Shown: one piece after another, positions 23,697 through 33,018 of the stretch
Numbering within the stretch: position 1 is the first letter of the stretch
Layout of the letters: every line of letters starts with the position of its first letter
Source of the DNA: a virus
Taxonomy: Duplodnaviria; Heunggongvirae; Uroviricota; Caudoviricetes
DNA length: 64,000 nucleotides
IMG/VR virus record: IMGVR_UViG_3300022660_000042
Reading direction: 5' to 3' (one strand)
Notes under the pieces: generated by a model
Databases searched by the model: none
Told to the model about the DNA's origin: nothing
What the model saw: only the letters and a program-made list of their open reading frames with translations
Made by a program: the position numbers and the translations under genes

Positions 23697-24887
23697 TTAG
23701 AATGCAGCCTTGAAATTATAAACCGGCTTGATAATCTTTTCGATAGAACAAGTAGGTTCAATATTCAACATGATTTCTTCCATCGGCTTATAGGCCATAG
23801 GAGACTCATCGATAGTCGCAGAAGAAACACAAGAGGTAAAGATTCCCTTCATTGCTTCCTTATAATCCTTCATGGAAATAGAATTCTTGGCATCTGCACG
23901 AGTCATCAAACGACCGGCACCATGAGGAGCAGAATAGTTCCATTCCGGATTTCCCTTACCGACGCAAATCAAAGAACCATCACGCATATTCATCGGAATA
24001 ATGACACGTTCGCCTTCCTGTGCAGAAATAGAACCCTTACGGAGAATCATATTCTTGAGGTCGATATAGTTATGGATAGTTTCAAATTTTTCTACAACCT
24101 TGAATCCCATTTCCTTGACGATAACATCAAGCATGGCTGCACGGTTCATAACTGCAAACTGCTGGACAATTTCCATATCATGCAGATAACCTTCCATGTG
24201 CTCACCAGTCAAATAAGACAAATTCTTAGGAACGGAGAAATGGTCATAATCCTTCATGAGTTCCTTAATTTCTGCATCAGTCTTTCCTTGATTCTTATAC
24301 TTAGCAATTTCGGCACCACGAATGGCTGTCAAATCAGCACAATCCTTGATTGCGATATTCTGCCAGTATTCACAAGTAGCTACGCCCAAATGGCGTGAAC
24401 CGGAATGGATAACAACATAGAAAGCACCATCGTCGTCCTTATCTACTTCAATGAAATGGTTGCCTCCGCCGAGTGAACCTATAGATAAAAGCTCTTCACG
24501 GCGAACATCTGCAATAAGCTGTTCAAACTTTTCATCGAATTCATTACCGAAACGGTGACGGTTAGTACGATGTTCCTTACCGGACGGAATCTTTTCCTTG
24601 ATAACCTTATCGAGCTTACCAAATTCGATAAACTTATCCTTGAGCTTTGCAACCAACATTCCGCAACCAATATCGACTCCAACAAGATTAGGAACAACCT
24701 TATCCTTGATAGTCATAGTGGTTCCGACAGTACAATCCTTACCCGCATGCACGTCAGGCATGATAGCGACATTAACATCCCTTGCCCAACATTGACACAT
24801 CATATTCAAAATCTGTGAATATGCAGCATTATCGATGTTATCGGTAAAAACCTTAGCTGTATTATATTTTCCCTGTATATCTAACAT
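23697..24887 (-). CDS. rtcB: RtcB-family RNA ligase
   Basis: IMPDVHAG, VGVDIGCG, GSLGGGNHFIE, HSGSR, HNY, RKG, SAPHGAGR, DESPMAYK. Confidence 0.95.
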   Translation of the reverse strand: MLDIQGKYNTAKVFTDNIDNAAYSQILNMMCQCWARDVNVAIMPDVHAGKDCTVGTTMTIKDKVVPNLVGVDIGCGMLVAKLKDKFIEFGKLDKVIKEKIPSGKEHRTNRHRFGNEFDEKFEQLIADVRREELLSIGSLGGGNHFIEVDKDDDGAFYVVIHSGSRHLGVATCEYWQNIAIKDCADLTAIRGAEIAKYKNQGKTDAEIKELMKDYDHFSVPKNLSYLTGEHMEGYLHDMEIVQQFAVMNRAAMLDVIVKEMGFKVVEKFETIHNYIDLKNMILRKGSISAQEGERVIIPMNMRDGSLICVGKGNPEWNYSAPHGAGRLMTRADAKNSISMKDYKEAMKGIFTSCVSSATIDESPMAYKPMEEIMLNIEPTCSIEKIIKPVYNFKAAF

Positions 24888-24896
24888 AAAAATTCC

Positions 24897-25142
24897 TTAA
24901 ACTGGTGTGTCGTCATTAACAACTTTCTGAACTTTACCATGGAATGTACCAGGTGTAATATATTCAGATACAACGACATCCGTAATGAGTTCATTATCAA
25001 ATAAAAGCTGAATTTTTTCTTGAGTTACATCTTCAACAGTTTTTCCAAGAAAAAAATCAGGCATTTCTTTCATAGTTCTTTCAGAAACAAGCTTAAACTT
25101 CAAATGTTCCTTCAGAGCTACTTTCAATTCATCATTCTGCAT
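24897..25142 (-). CDS. hypothetical protein
   Basis: ORF track. Confidence 0.6.
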   Translation of the reverse strand: MQNDELKVALKEHLKFKLVSERTMKEMPDFFLGKTVEDVTQEKIQLLFDNELITDVVVSEYITPGTFHGKVQKVVNDDTPV

Positions 25143-25151
25143 ATTTTTCCT

Positions 25152-25457
25152 CTATCTTGTCACTTTCGGTAAAAATGTCCAGAAAGCTACAGAATCCCAC
25201 GGTTCATGGTCAGAATCCTTATCATAACAGGTATCTTCTACCCAAGTCCAGTCAAAATGACCATCGTCATAATAGGCTCTACCTACTGCACGTAAATCAT
25301 AGCTTCCGTCTTTATAAAGAACCCATAACATCTTACCCAACATATAGTCATGCGGTTCCTTATCTAAACTATACCAAGTCTGTCCAGGAGTATGAACAAA
25401 CTTGGTATTTTCAGGTAAACTTTCTAATAATTTCTTATTGTCTTCAACGTAAGACAT
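25152..25457 (-). CDS. hypothetical protein
   Basis: ORF track. Confidence 0.65.
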   Translation of the reverse strand: MSYVEDNKKLLESLPENTKFVHTPGQTWYSLDKEPHDYMLGKMLWVLYKDGSYDLRAVGRAYYDDGHFDWTWVEDTCYDKDSDHEPWDSVAFWTFLPKVTR

Positions 25458-25719
25458 AATTCGTTATATTCCTAACAACCATACCGTCATTGCATTTAAA
25501 GTTAGTTACATTGGTTACACCGACAGTAACTACTTCATGCTTTCCGATACAGACATGTTTAAACACTCCATTCGTAAAAATATCGAGACGTTCCTTGCCC
25601 ATATCGGATTCCAAAAGTCCCTGTGGATGAACATCACATCCATTTAAGGAATAACCAATAACCACAAAAACAACACTGACTAAAACGATTTCGCCCAAAA
25701 TTCTTAAAAACTTCTTCAT
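25444..25719 (-). CDS. hypothetical exported or membrane protein
   Basis: N-terminal hydrophobic segment. Confidence 0.6.
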   Translation of the reverse strand: MKKFLRILGEIVLVSVVFVVIGYSLNGCDVHPQGLLESDMGKERLDIFTNGVFKHVCIGKHEVVTVGVTNVTNFKCNDGMVVRNITNYVLR

Positions 25720-25721
25720 CG

Positions 25722-26426
25722 TTAAGCCTTCTTAATCATTTCAAAAATATCTTCACACTTCTTGTTTTCCGCATCACGTGCTGCTTCAGCGTCAAGGCGT
25801 GCCTCGTTTTTTTCAAGCCAGTTCATATACGGTTCAACAACACGAATCGTATCATATTCATATTTTGCACCTTCATCCAGCTTAAACTGCTTAAGCACAT
25901 AGTTCTTATATTCAGGCAAATACTTTAACGGACACTTAGCTTCAAGGAATTCAAAATAATCCTTAATTTCATTGGTCTTAATGCAATTACCAAAAACATA
26001 GTTAGTTTCACCGCGCTGTGTTGCAAGAGTCGGGTTAAATACAAAATCCTTATTCTTTCTATAGATTTCAATACAACGCTTGATTGAAGCTTCTGCCTTT
26101 TCAGTAATGCCGTTAATAATAGCAAGAGCACATTCCTTACCGTGATCAGTAAGCTTGTCGTCAATAAAAACCGTACCCGTAGTATTAAGCCAATGGAAAT
26201 CAGCCATCGGACGACCGACAATGAACTCACTAGTCTTATAATCCGGCTTATCCGCATCTACAGACTTAAACGTAAGTTCGTTCAATTCTTCAAAAATATC
26301 AGTACCCTTAATACGGACACATTCATTTTCTACGTCGTAATAGAAATTTTCCTTACGTTTCATATCTTCATTGAGAGATTCGAAAGTATGAAGATTGTAA
26401 ATTTTCTTTTTGAAGAAGTTAAACAT
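25722..26426 (-). CDS. hypothetical protein
   Basis: ORF track. Confidence 0.75.
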   Translation of the reverse strand: MFNFFKKKIYNLHTFESLNEDMKRKENFYYDVENECVRIKGTDIFEELNELTFKSVDADKPDYKTSEFIVGRPMADFHWLNTTGTVFIDDKLTDHGKECALAIINGITEKAEASIKRCIEIYRKNKDFVFNPTLATQRGETNYVFGNCIKTNEIKDYFEFLEAKCPLKYLPEYKNYVLKQFKLDEGAKYEYDTIRVVEPYMNWLEKNEARLDAEAARDAENKKCEDIFEMIKKA

Positions 26427-26477
26427 GTGTTGTTCCTTTTGGTTATGTCCATAATATAGAAAAAAGGGTGACTATTG

Positions 26478-26711
26478 TCAACCCTTTTTCTCAAAGACAC
26501 TTATGATTTCTTTATGAACAATATCAGATTCTACATTCAACCATGCCTTTACTTCGTTCAATACATTCATGATTTCTTCAGAACGTTCGCCGAACTTATC
26601 TTTAACCATGGCATTATTAAAGTTCAAATAAGAAACAAGAGTATTTATGTAACCATTTATATTTTCAAACTGGCTAGGTACTCCCCAGCGATTTTTTCGT
26701 TTTTCTACCAT
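26478..26711 (-). CDS. hypothetical protein
   Basis: ORF track. Confidence 0.6.
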   Translation of the reverse strand: MVEKRKNRWGVPSQFENINGYINTLVSYLNFNNAMVKDKFGERSEEIMNVLNEVKAWLNVESDIVHKEIISVFEKKG

Positions 26712-26718
26712 AAATTAC

Positions 26719-27132
26719 CTAATCTTCGTCAATTAAATCTGTATACTTATCGGCCAAAGAATTGGGATCTTTAATTTCATCTTCTTCCTGTAAAACGACC
26801 TTGAACTTGGAAGCAACTGGGTCATAGCCAAACTTTCGCTTGACTAACGATAACAAATGCTTTGCATAATGCATATTAGGAACTAGTATATCCTTTTCAT
26901 CGTAAATACTGCCTACAGATTCCAATGCAATCACAGTAAAGTCATATTTTTTAGCCAGTTCTTCAGCATTATAATATACGCTTTTCCAATCCGGTTTAAT
27001 CAGACCAAAGAATGACGGATCCTTCTTGTACTGTACAACATAATACGGTTCCTTTCCATGATGCATGTTTTTAAACCTGAAATCATCGTCATACTTGGAA
27101 AGATAATCTACAGAAATAATCCTAAATTTCAT
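26719..27132 (-). CDS. hypothetical protein
   Basis: ORF track. Confidence 0.65.
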   Translation of the reverse strand: MKFRIISVDYLSKYDDDFRFKNMHHGKEPYYVVQYKKDPSFFGLIKPDWKSVYYNAEELAKKYDFTVIALESVGSIYDEKDILVPNMHYAKHLLSLVKRKFGYDPVASKFKVVLQEEDEIKDPNSLADKYTDLIDED

Positions 27133-27133
27133 T

Positions 27134-27571
27134 CTAGTTTCCTTCGAACTTTTGCTTCAGCTTAAGAAACAAATTATATTCTTTTTCAGCATCAGCTTTA
27201 GCTAACGCTTCTTCTTCTTGACGTTCACGCTCTTCTTCTTCGCGACGCTTCTGCTCCCAATATCCCTTATGCCACTTTTGGAATTCCTTAGTAGCTTCTT
27301 CAGTATTACCGTCAAGATACTTCAGGATAATAGAAGTAGGAACAGGAAAACAATAATCTTCTCCTTCTCCCATGATTACTTCTTCCACACAAAGTTCGGT
27401 TGTATTTTCGCCGTATTTCATGCTATTAAAATACCAACCGCCTCGGCAATCAGCAAAAAATGAATGTACCATTTGGCGCAATTCATTTTCGACGACATTA
27501 ACTCTAGCTTGGGCTTTGTTAGCTTCTTGAAGTGCTTCGTTATATTCATGAAGTTTTTCTTGACCGGTCAT
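27134..27571 (-). CDS. hypothetical protein
   Basis: ORF track. Confidence 0.7.
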   Translation of the reverse strand: MTGQEKLHEYNEALQEANKAQARVNVVENELRQMVHSFFADCRGGWYFNSMKYGENTTELCVEEVIMGEGEDYCFPVPTSIILKYLDGNTEEATKEFQKWHKGYWEQKRREEEERERQEEEALAKADAEKEYNLFLKLKQKFEGN

Positions 27572-27579
27572 ATTAACTC

Positions 27580-28074
27580 CTAAAACGGATTTTTTGCATT
27601 AAGAACAGTATCTTGAATATCAGCTACAAGAGCATCAAAACCAGAATATTCCTTCTGAATCTTCGGAAGCAACTGGTTATACGTGATTTTTCCACTGAAA
27701 ATATCCTTAATCTTCAGATACCAGATAACCTTGAAGCTCTTATCCGGTAAACGAACGCGAATCTTCAAGTCATCACGCGTCGTTTCATCCTTTTCCATAT
27801 GTTCACAGATTTCGACAGTGGAATACTTCGCGAGTTCATCCTTAATAGTATTGAATTCAGTATCTGTAAATGCTACATCCTGAGATTCCGGCGTAAAGAG
27901 TTCAGTACGGTGCATAATACAATATGCATCCATATCAAGGTCCGGTTTCTTAGCTCGAAGCGCCTGCAAGCGGTTCCATTCACGCGTATTGACCTGTTCA
28001 GGATGAGCGTTTACTGCATCGACGATATTCTGATAAAGTTTGTCCCAATGTGCCTGACGTTCTGCTGAAGCCAT
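27580..28074 (-). CDS. hypothetical protein
   Basis: Likely start MASAERQ after an AGGA SD. Confidence 0.7.
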   Translation of the reverse strand: MASAERQAHWDKLYQNIVDAVNAHPEQVNTREWNRLQALRAKKPDLDMDAYCIMHRTELFTPESQDVAFTDTEFNTIKDELAKYSTVEICEHMEKDETTRDDLKIRVRLPDKSFKVIWYLKIKDIFSGKITYNQLLPKIQKEYSGFDALVADIQDTVLNAKNPF

Positions 28075-28142
28075 AGTTTTTCCTTTTGTTAAAGTTTTTC
28101 TATAATATAATAAAAAGGTTGACATTCGTCAACCCTTTTTAG

Positions 28143-28231
28143 TGGACCCGACGAGATTCGAACTCGCGACCCATCGCTTAAAAGGCGATTGCTCTACGAT
28201 GTTGCCATCTAACCAACTGAGCTACAGATCC
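28143..28231 (-). tRNA. tRNA-Lys(TTT) with an extra hairpin in the D loop
   Basis: D loop contains GATG-GCAA-CATC. Confidence 0.8.
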
Positions 28232-28237
28232 ATATAA

Positions 28238-28325
28238 TTGAGGCGGCTGGATTTGAACCAGCGATGTGTCATTAACCGTACAGGATTCAAAGTCCCGCGC
28301 CTTCACCGGACTAGGCAACGCCTCA
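28238..28325 (-). tRNA. tRNA-Gln(TTG) with a long variable region
   Basis: T1-A72, loop CT-TTG-AA, 18-nt variable region. Confidence 0.8.
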
Positions 28326-28334
28326 ATAATTTAG

Positions 28335-28408
28335 TACCCGAGGTGAGACTCGAACTCACAGGTGCGGATTAGAAGTCCGCTCGTTTGATCCTATTAACGG
28401 ACCCGGGC
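28335..28408 (-). tRNA. tRNA-Arg(TCT)
   Basis: Loop CT-TCT-AA. Confidence 0.85.
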
Positions 28409-28414
28409 AAAATA

Positions 28415-28500
28415 TCGGCATACAAGGAGTCGAACCTTCCCGGACCGCCCTGGTGTTTGCTACGGGCCGGTTTATAAGACCGGTCCAAGGGAGTATGCCA
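28415..28500 (-). tRNA. D-armless tRNA-like RNA, anticodon TAT, large variable arm
   Basis: TGGCATA/TATGCCG, CCGGT-CTTATAA-ACCGG, T arm GAAGG-TTCGACT-CCTTG. Confidence 0.6.
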
Positions 28501-28539
28501 ATGTAGTTTGTTTAAAGTGAGTAGCTCTCTCACTGTTCG

Positions 28540-28611
28540 TGGACCTATCCAGACTCGAACTGGAATCCGAAGATTAAAAGTCTCCTCGTCTACCTATTGA
28601 CATATAGATCC
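28540..28611 (-). tRNA. tRNA-Lys(TTT)
   Basis: Cloverleaf. Confidence 0.85.
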
Positions 28612-28618
28612 AAAGTAA

Positions 28619-28694
28619 TTGGGGCAGAGAGATTCGAACTCCCGAATAACGATTTCAGAGACCGTTGCCTTAAACCAGACTTGGCGATACCCCA
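28619..28694 (-). tRNA. tRNA-Gln(CTG)
   Basis: T1-A72, loop CT-CTG-AA. Confidence 0.9.
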
Positions 28695-28699
28695 GTATA

Positions 28700-28730
28700 T
28701 AAAAAACAGTTCCTGTATTGCTACAGGAAC
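28700..28730 (-). terminator. Attenuator terminator 5
   Basis: GTTCCTGTA-GCAA-TACAGGAAC + TGTTTTTT. Confidence 0.85.
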
Positions 28731-28760
28731 CGTCTAATCAGATAAAGTGAAACTTATCGT

Positions 28761-28838
28761 CTATTCGCTACCCATAGCAAAACACACAGCAACTTGCTGT
28801 TTTCTTATCTGTTTTACTTGTTTAACGAACCTTAACAT
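28761..28838 (-). CDS. Putative attenuator leader peptide MLRFVKQVKQIRKQQVAVCFAMGSE (not in ORF track)
   Basis: 4 Gln, 3 Lys, 2 Arg (AGG/AGA), Ile ATA; TGCTATGGG at 28771-28779 is complementary to the terminator 5' arm. Confidence 0.85.
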   Translation of the reverse strand: MLRFVKQVKQIRKQQVAVCFAMGSE

Positions 28839-28943
28839 TTTTCTGTTATCCTTTTGATATTATATATAGTTTTTATTTTTTAATTTTCGCTATATAATAT
28901 AGCAAAAACTTTTTCTTTTGTAAACCCCTAAAAGGAAAATTTT

Positions 28944-29384
28944 TTAGTGGTTATCGTTATCAATGATAATCTTGGATTCAGGACAGAATACAAAATTAAA
29001 CAAAGCTTCCGGGTCACGAATGAATGCGCCAAGCATTGTTGCACGATAAACGCTCTGATGGTCAATATAACCTGAAATACCTTCAGTTGTTTCAGGAAGA
29101 ACCAATGTAACCTGCTTGGAAGCAAAATATTCGATAACCTTATCTTTTTCAGTTTCATAACAGTCTGAAAGACCGCCATCCATACTGACAGCTACAAGCC
29201 AGTAATCCAACAATTCAGCAGGGGTTTCCAATACCTCATAACCCCAGTCATAGTTTCCGGAACCTTCTACTTTGATAGTGCAAGGTTCTACATGAAGGTT
29301 CGCGTATGCGCTCGCACACGGGTAACAAATTTCATGCTGAGACGAACTATTTGTTTCAAACACACCAACTCTAAGAGTTTTCAT
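28944..29384 (-). CDS. Conserved phage protein (FETNSSS motif)
   Basis: LRVGVFETNSSSQHEI. Confidence 0.7.
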   Translation of the reverse strand: MKTLRVGVFETNSSSQHEICYPCASAYANLHVEPCTIKVEGSGNYDWGYEVLETPAELLDYWLVAVSMDGGLSDCYETEKDKVIEYFASKQVTLVLPETTEGISGYIDHQSVYRATMLGAFIRDPEALFNFVFCPESKIIIDNDNH

Positions 29385-29396
29385 CTTTTCCTCACT

Positions 29397-29946
29397 TTAA
29401 ATTACATAGATTGAATAAACTTCGTTTAGGTCTATATTTTCATACTTAGTTGAAAGTTCACTGTCTGGAATAATATCGAACCTTTTATGCCCGTCTTTAA
29501 ATTCGACTTGAACAACGGAATATGGAGTAAATTCATGTTTCTTATCTTTAACAATATCGTAAAGAACATTTAATGACGCCAACCATTCACCGTAGTTTTT
29601 ATAATGCGCACGATAAACGGTATTTAACGGAGTTTCTTCACGTTGCCAAATCTTTGAATCATCAAATCGTTTTTCAATTTCCTTATCCAAATCATAAAAC
29701 ATAATATACATATTTTTGGAGGCGCCAATATGACCTCCACATGAAAATTTTGTTTTACAACCGTTATCGTTAAGAACCATCAGCGGGTATGCAATGGCCT
29801 CGTCGATAACATTAAAACCTGCTTCGGCCAGCTGAGTTAAAAGCTTCATACGGTCAGAAGCACGGCAACTCAAGTATCGTCTTTTCTTGAAATCCACAAA
29901 AGTCTGGATTTCTGCAGTTGCATAATGAATTTCACTATCGGTCATA
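29397..29946 (-). CDS. hypothetical protein (GCKTKFSCGGH motif)
   Basis: ORF track; likely start MTDSEIH. Confidence 0.65.
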
Positions 29947-29949
29947 TTT

Positions 29950-30300
29950 TTATCCCAATTTATCGAGCATATCGACAAGTTCAACGTTTTTTATTTTAGC
30001 CATTACACGCTCAGGTACTCTTTCATTTTCAAAAATATAAGCAAGATTTACACAGGGCTTTCCTAGGACACACAAATATAGGTCGTTCATTACGGACTTA
30101 TTATAATATGTCCAAGTTTGATACCACGAATCATTTATTTTTTCTTTTCCATATACGGATAGGTATTTTTTACCGTTATAGTCTTCAAGGGTATGTATAC
30201 TAAGATTGGTGTCTCCCCAATACGGATAATAAACCCTATATTCATTATTTTTAAGAAAATAGGCTACATAAACGTTTTTGCTATAATTCCAACCAATCAT
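29950..30300 (-). CDS. hypothetical protein
   Basis: ORF track. Confidence 0.6.
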   Translation of the reverse strand: MIGWNYSKNVYVAYFLKNNEYRVYYPYWGDTNLSIHTLEDYNGKKYLSVYGKEKINDSWYQTWTYYNKSVMNDLYLCVLGKPCVNLAYIFENERVPERVMAKIKNVELVDMLDKLG

Positions 30301-30659
30301 TTTAAATTACTTTCAATCTGTAAAAGTGTTTTAATATTACTGAGTTTATAATATGCCTTTTCACAAAGTTCTTTATTGTAATTAAACAAGTCTTCAAAAT
30401 GCAAATACTTCTTTCCTTCTATCGAAAGAAATAACGACCTGCTGAAATCTGTATTTTCAAATACAGTCCAATGCTCGTATGACCTATCATCTATATTTTT
30501 TAGGCCACTTATTGCCCAAGACCCGGCATGAAAATTACGTGACATTGCATTAAATAATTTTTCAAAATTATCCAACAGTGGATAACAAACACGAAATAAC
30601 TCTTTTCCGCGTTTATCTTCTAAACCAAAATATACGTCTTTAGTAACTAAAACTAGCAT
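30297..30659 (-). CDS. hypothetical protein
   Basis: ORF track. Confidence 0.6.
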   Translation of the reverse strand: MLVLVTKDVYFGLEDKRGKELFRVCYPLLDNFEKLFNAMSRNFHAGSWAISGLKNIDDRSYEHWTVFENTDFSRSLFLSIEGKKYLHFEDLFNYNKELCEKAYYKLSNIKTLLQIESNLK

Positions 30660-31690
30660 TTTTTAATAGACAGTTTAAAAAGTTCTCTGATATTTTCATC
30701 GCCATTAAACGACCACCGCTTATCCATAGGTGCGGTAGAACTTCTGGCTACTTGCATATTCGGTACGTCGATATACATGGTAGAACAGGTAATATTATAC
30801 ATGTCGTCCATCGTATCATCGTCATGACCCTGGAATAGCGTATTCCATGTTGCCTGGTTAGTCCGTACGGCCTTTTGCGGATTAACCTGATAAATACCTA
30901 GGTCATCAAAAGAAATGGTCTGTGCCTTGAATGTGAGCAAATGGAGCACATCCTTTAGCCAGTTGATATTCCGTTCAATCTTCTCGTAATTCTTAAACTT
31001 ATGTTCATGTCCACGACGAAGATCCTTATAACCGAGGAACAGAATCTTTCTGTTCTTGATTACGTCTACATCCTTTTCTTCAAAAATACCGGCAATGAAC
31101 TGAAGAACGACATTATTACCCAAAGTATCAAGAAATTCAAAATCTTCTTTTTTACTGGAATCGGTTACAGAAACACCGATACCGTTTACAAGATTTTCAG
31201 ATACAATCTTCATGAGAGTATCTTTAAACGGTTTCAAATGCTGCTGGTTAACCGTAATGTTTGTAATGATTCCTTGTTTCTTCAAAAGCTCGAGGAACCA
31301 AATCAAGTCAGGATGTTCGAAAATATTTCCGCCGCCGATAGCGACTTCGGTACCAGGCTGTAAGGTTTTAATCATCGGTTCAATTCTTTTCAAATCACCA
31401 TGTTTTCCGTTAATCGTCGAACCTTCATGGCAATATTTACAACCGCCATTACATACATCCGTAATTTTAATATCAAAATTCTCACAGAACTCATAAGTCA
31501 TATGGTCTGTATCGACATCTACCCAACGGTTAACTCTTTTACCGTCAGAATTCATTTCATTGATATAATAACCAGTTTCTTTTAACTTTGAACCATCTTC
31601 ATAAAGAATAGTTCTATGATTACCATTTACATACTGGCCTAAAATCTTTTTGCCCTTGGTAAATAGTTCAATAACTTCATCCTGCTTCAT
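30653..31690 (-). CDS. Radical SAM protein
   Basis: CNGGCKYC (CxxxCxxC), EVAIGGG, NITVN. Confidence 0.9.
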   Translation of the reverse strand: MKQDEVIELFTKGKKILGQYVNGNHRTILYEDGSKLKETGYYINEMNSDGKRVNRWVDVDTDHMTYEFCENFDIKITDVCNGGCKYCHEGSTINGKHGDLKRIEPMIKTLQPGTEVAIGGGNIFEHPDLIWFLELLKKQGIITNITVNQQHLKPFKDTLMKIVSENLVNGIGVSVTDSSKKEDFEFLDTLGNNVVLQFIAGIFEEKDVDVIKNRKILFLGYKDLRRGHEHKFKNYEKIERNINWLKDVLHLLTFKAQTISFDDLGIYQVNPQKAVRTNQATWNTLFQGHDDDTMDDMYNITCSTMYIDVPNMQVARSSTAPMDKRWSFNGDENIRELFKLSIKKC

Positions 31691-31735
31691 AAACCTAAAT
31701 ATAGTAAAAATAAAACGGGCTGTAAACCCGTTTTA

Positions 31736-32062
31736 TTAAACCAAGCGTCCGCACTTATCGAACAGTTCAGGATGTTTATCCTTAACCCGTTCATATTCGT
31801 TCATAAGCTGAACATAATGACGTGACGCGTCGTCCAGATAAACCATCTTCTGGTCAAGTTCGTCCTTTATAGCCTTCATCGGAATTGCTTCAAACGGAAG
31901 GAAAACAAAAGACGGACTAATATAATCCGGATGCTGTGCCTTAACAGTCGAAAGCTTTTCAAACTGTTCATTATAATGTTCACGTAATGTATTCAAACGA
32001 TTATTGGCTGTTTCAAGATTAGCCTTTTTACGTTCCATACTTTCAGTTAATGTTTCTACCAT
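31736..32062 (-). CDS. hypothetical protein
   Basis: ORF track. Confidence 0.65.
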   Translation of the reverse strand: MVETLTESMERKKANLETANNRLNTLREHYNEQFEKLSTVKAQHPDYISPSFVFLPFEAIPMKAIKDELDQKMVYLDDASRHYVQLMNEYERVKDKHPELFDKCGRLV

Positions 32063-32069
32063 ATTTTCC

Positions 32070-32588
32070 TCACAAATTTTTATCTATGACTTTTTCTAAA
32101 TATTTATTATAACAGATGACCTCATGTTTGACTAAATCTTTTGCTTTCAATTCGTCCAACAATACCTGGGCCTTTTTCATGCTGAGAATGTTCCCGCTTT
32201 CAAATACTTCAACCGGAATACCGTTATATAATGTAGTTAATGTAAAATTCAAAAATACTACATTACTGTTAAACTTGAGCGCGAACTTCAGTCTATCGCA
32301 TATATCCGGATATTTATTACAATAACTCCAAGTAAAATATTCGATAAGGTCGTTACCTATGACGTTTAGTTTTCCGTCATGGATATTAAACCAATTAGCT
32401 ACGGCAAAACCACCGCCGATTACAGTACCAATGGCAAGTAGTATCGCAATAGTTCTAATAACATCATTTTCTGACTTACTGGCTATTGTAATCAAAACTG
32501 CACTAGATACCAGAGCAATACCGAATACTCCGCAGATAAAATACCAAAGGCCAGCTTTACTTGGTTTCAACCATTCAATGTTCTTCAT
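32070..32588 (-). CDS. hypothetical membrane protein
   Basis: Two TM segments; likely start MKNIEW. Confidence 0.65.
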   Translation of the reverse strand: MKNIEWLKPSKAGLWYFICGVFGIALVSSAVLITIASKSENDVIRTIAILLAIGTVIGGGFAVANWFNIHDGKLNVIGNDLIEYFTWSYCNKYPDICDRLKFALKFNSNVVFLNFTLTTLYNGIPVEVFESGNILSMKKAQVLLDELKAKDLVKHEVICYNKYLEKVIDKNL

Positions 32589-32589
32589 A

Positions 32590-33018
32590 TTAAATATTCT
32601 GTAAAATTTCGTTAGTATACTGTTCGCTTGCAAACTTACAATAATCAAAAGCATCTACATTGGTAAGTCTTTTTCTGGCTTTCCTAATTTGATAAACCGT
32701 ACAGATTCGAGCGGTCTCAGTATCAAAATATAGATATTCTTTCAATTTATCATCGTTCGGCTTATATAAAACCTTTATCTGGAAATTAAATGAACGAGAA
32801 AACCATTTTGAACATTTATAACGTTTGTCGACATATACTGAACAGTTTTCAGGAAGATCATTATCCTTCATACTAACAAATAAATCATTCAGCTGATCGG
32901 CCAATTTTTCTAACATACGGTCATGTAAAGATGTTAAAACCATCGGAATTAAAACAGACAGCTGAATTGTTAGCGTTAGTAATTTAGTTACGAGTTCAAA
33001 AATTTCTACACCGCTCAT
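32590..33018 (-). CDS. hypothetical protein
   Basis: ORF track. Confidence 0.65.
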   Translation of the reverse strand: MSGVEIFELVTKLLTLTIQLSVLIPMVLTSLHDRMLEKLADQLNDLFVSMKDNDLPENCSVYVDKRYKCSKWFSRSFNFQIKVLYKPNDDKLKEYLYFDTETARICTVYQIRKARKRLTNVDAFDYCKFASEQYTNEILQNI

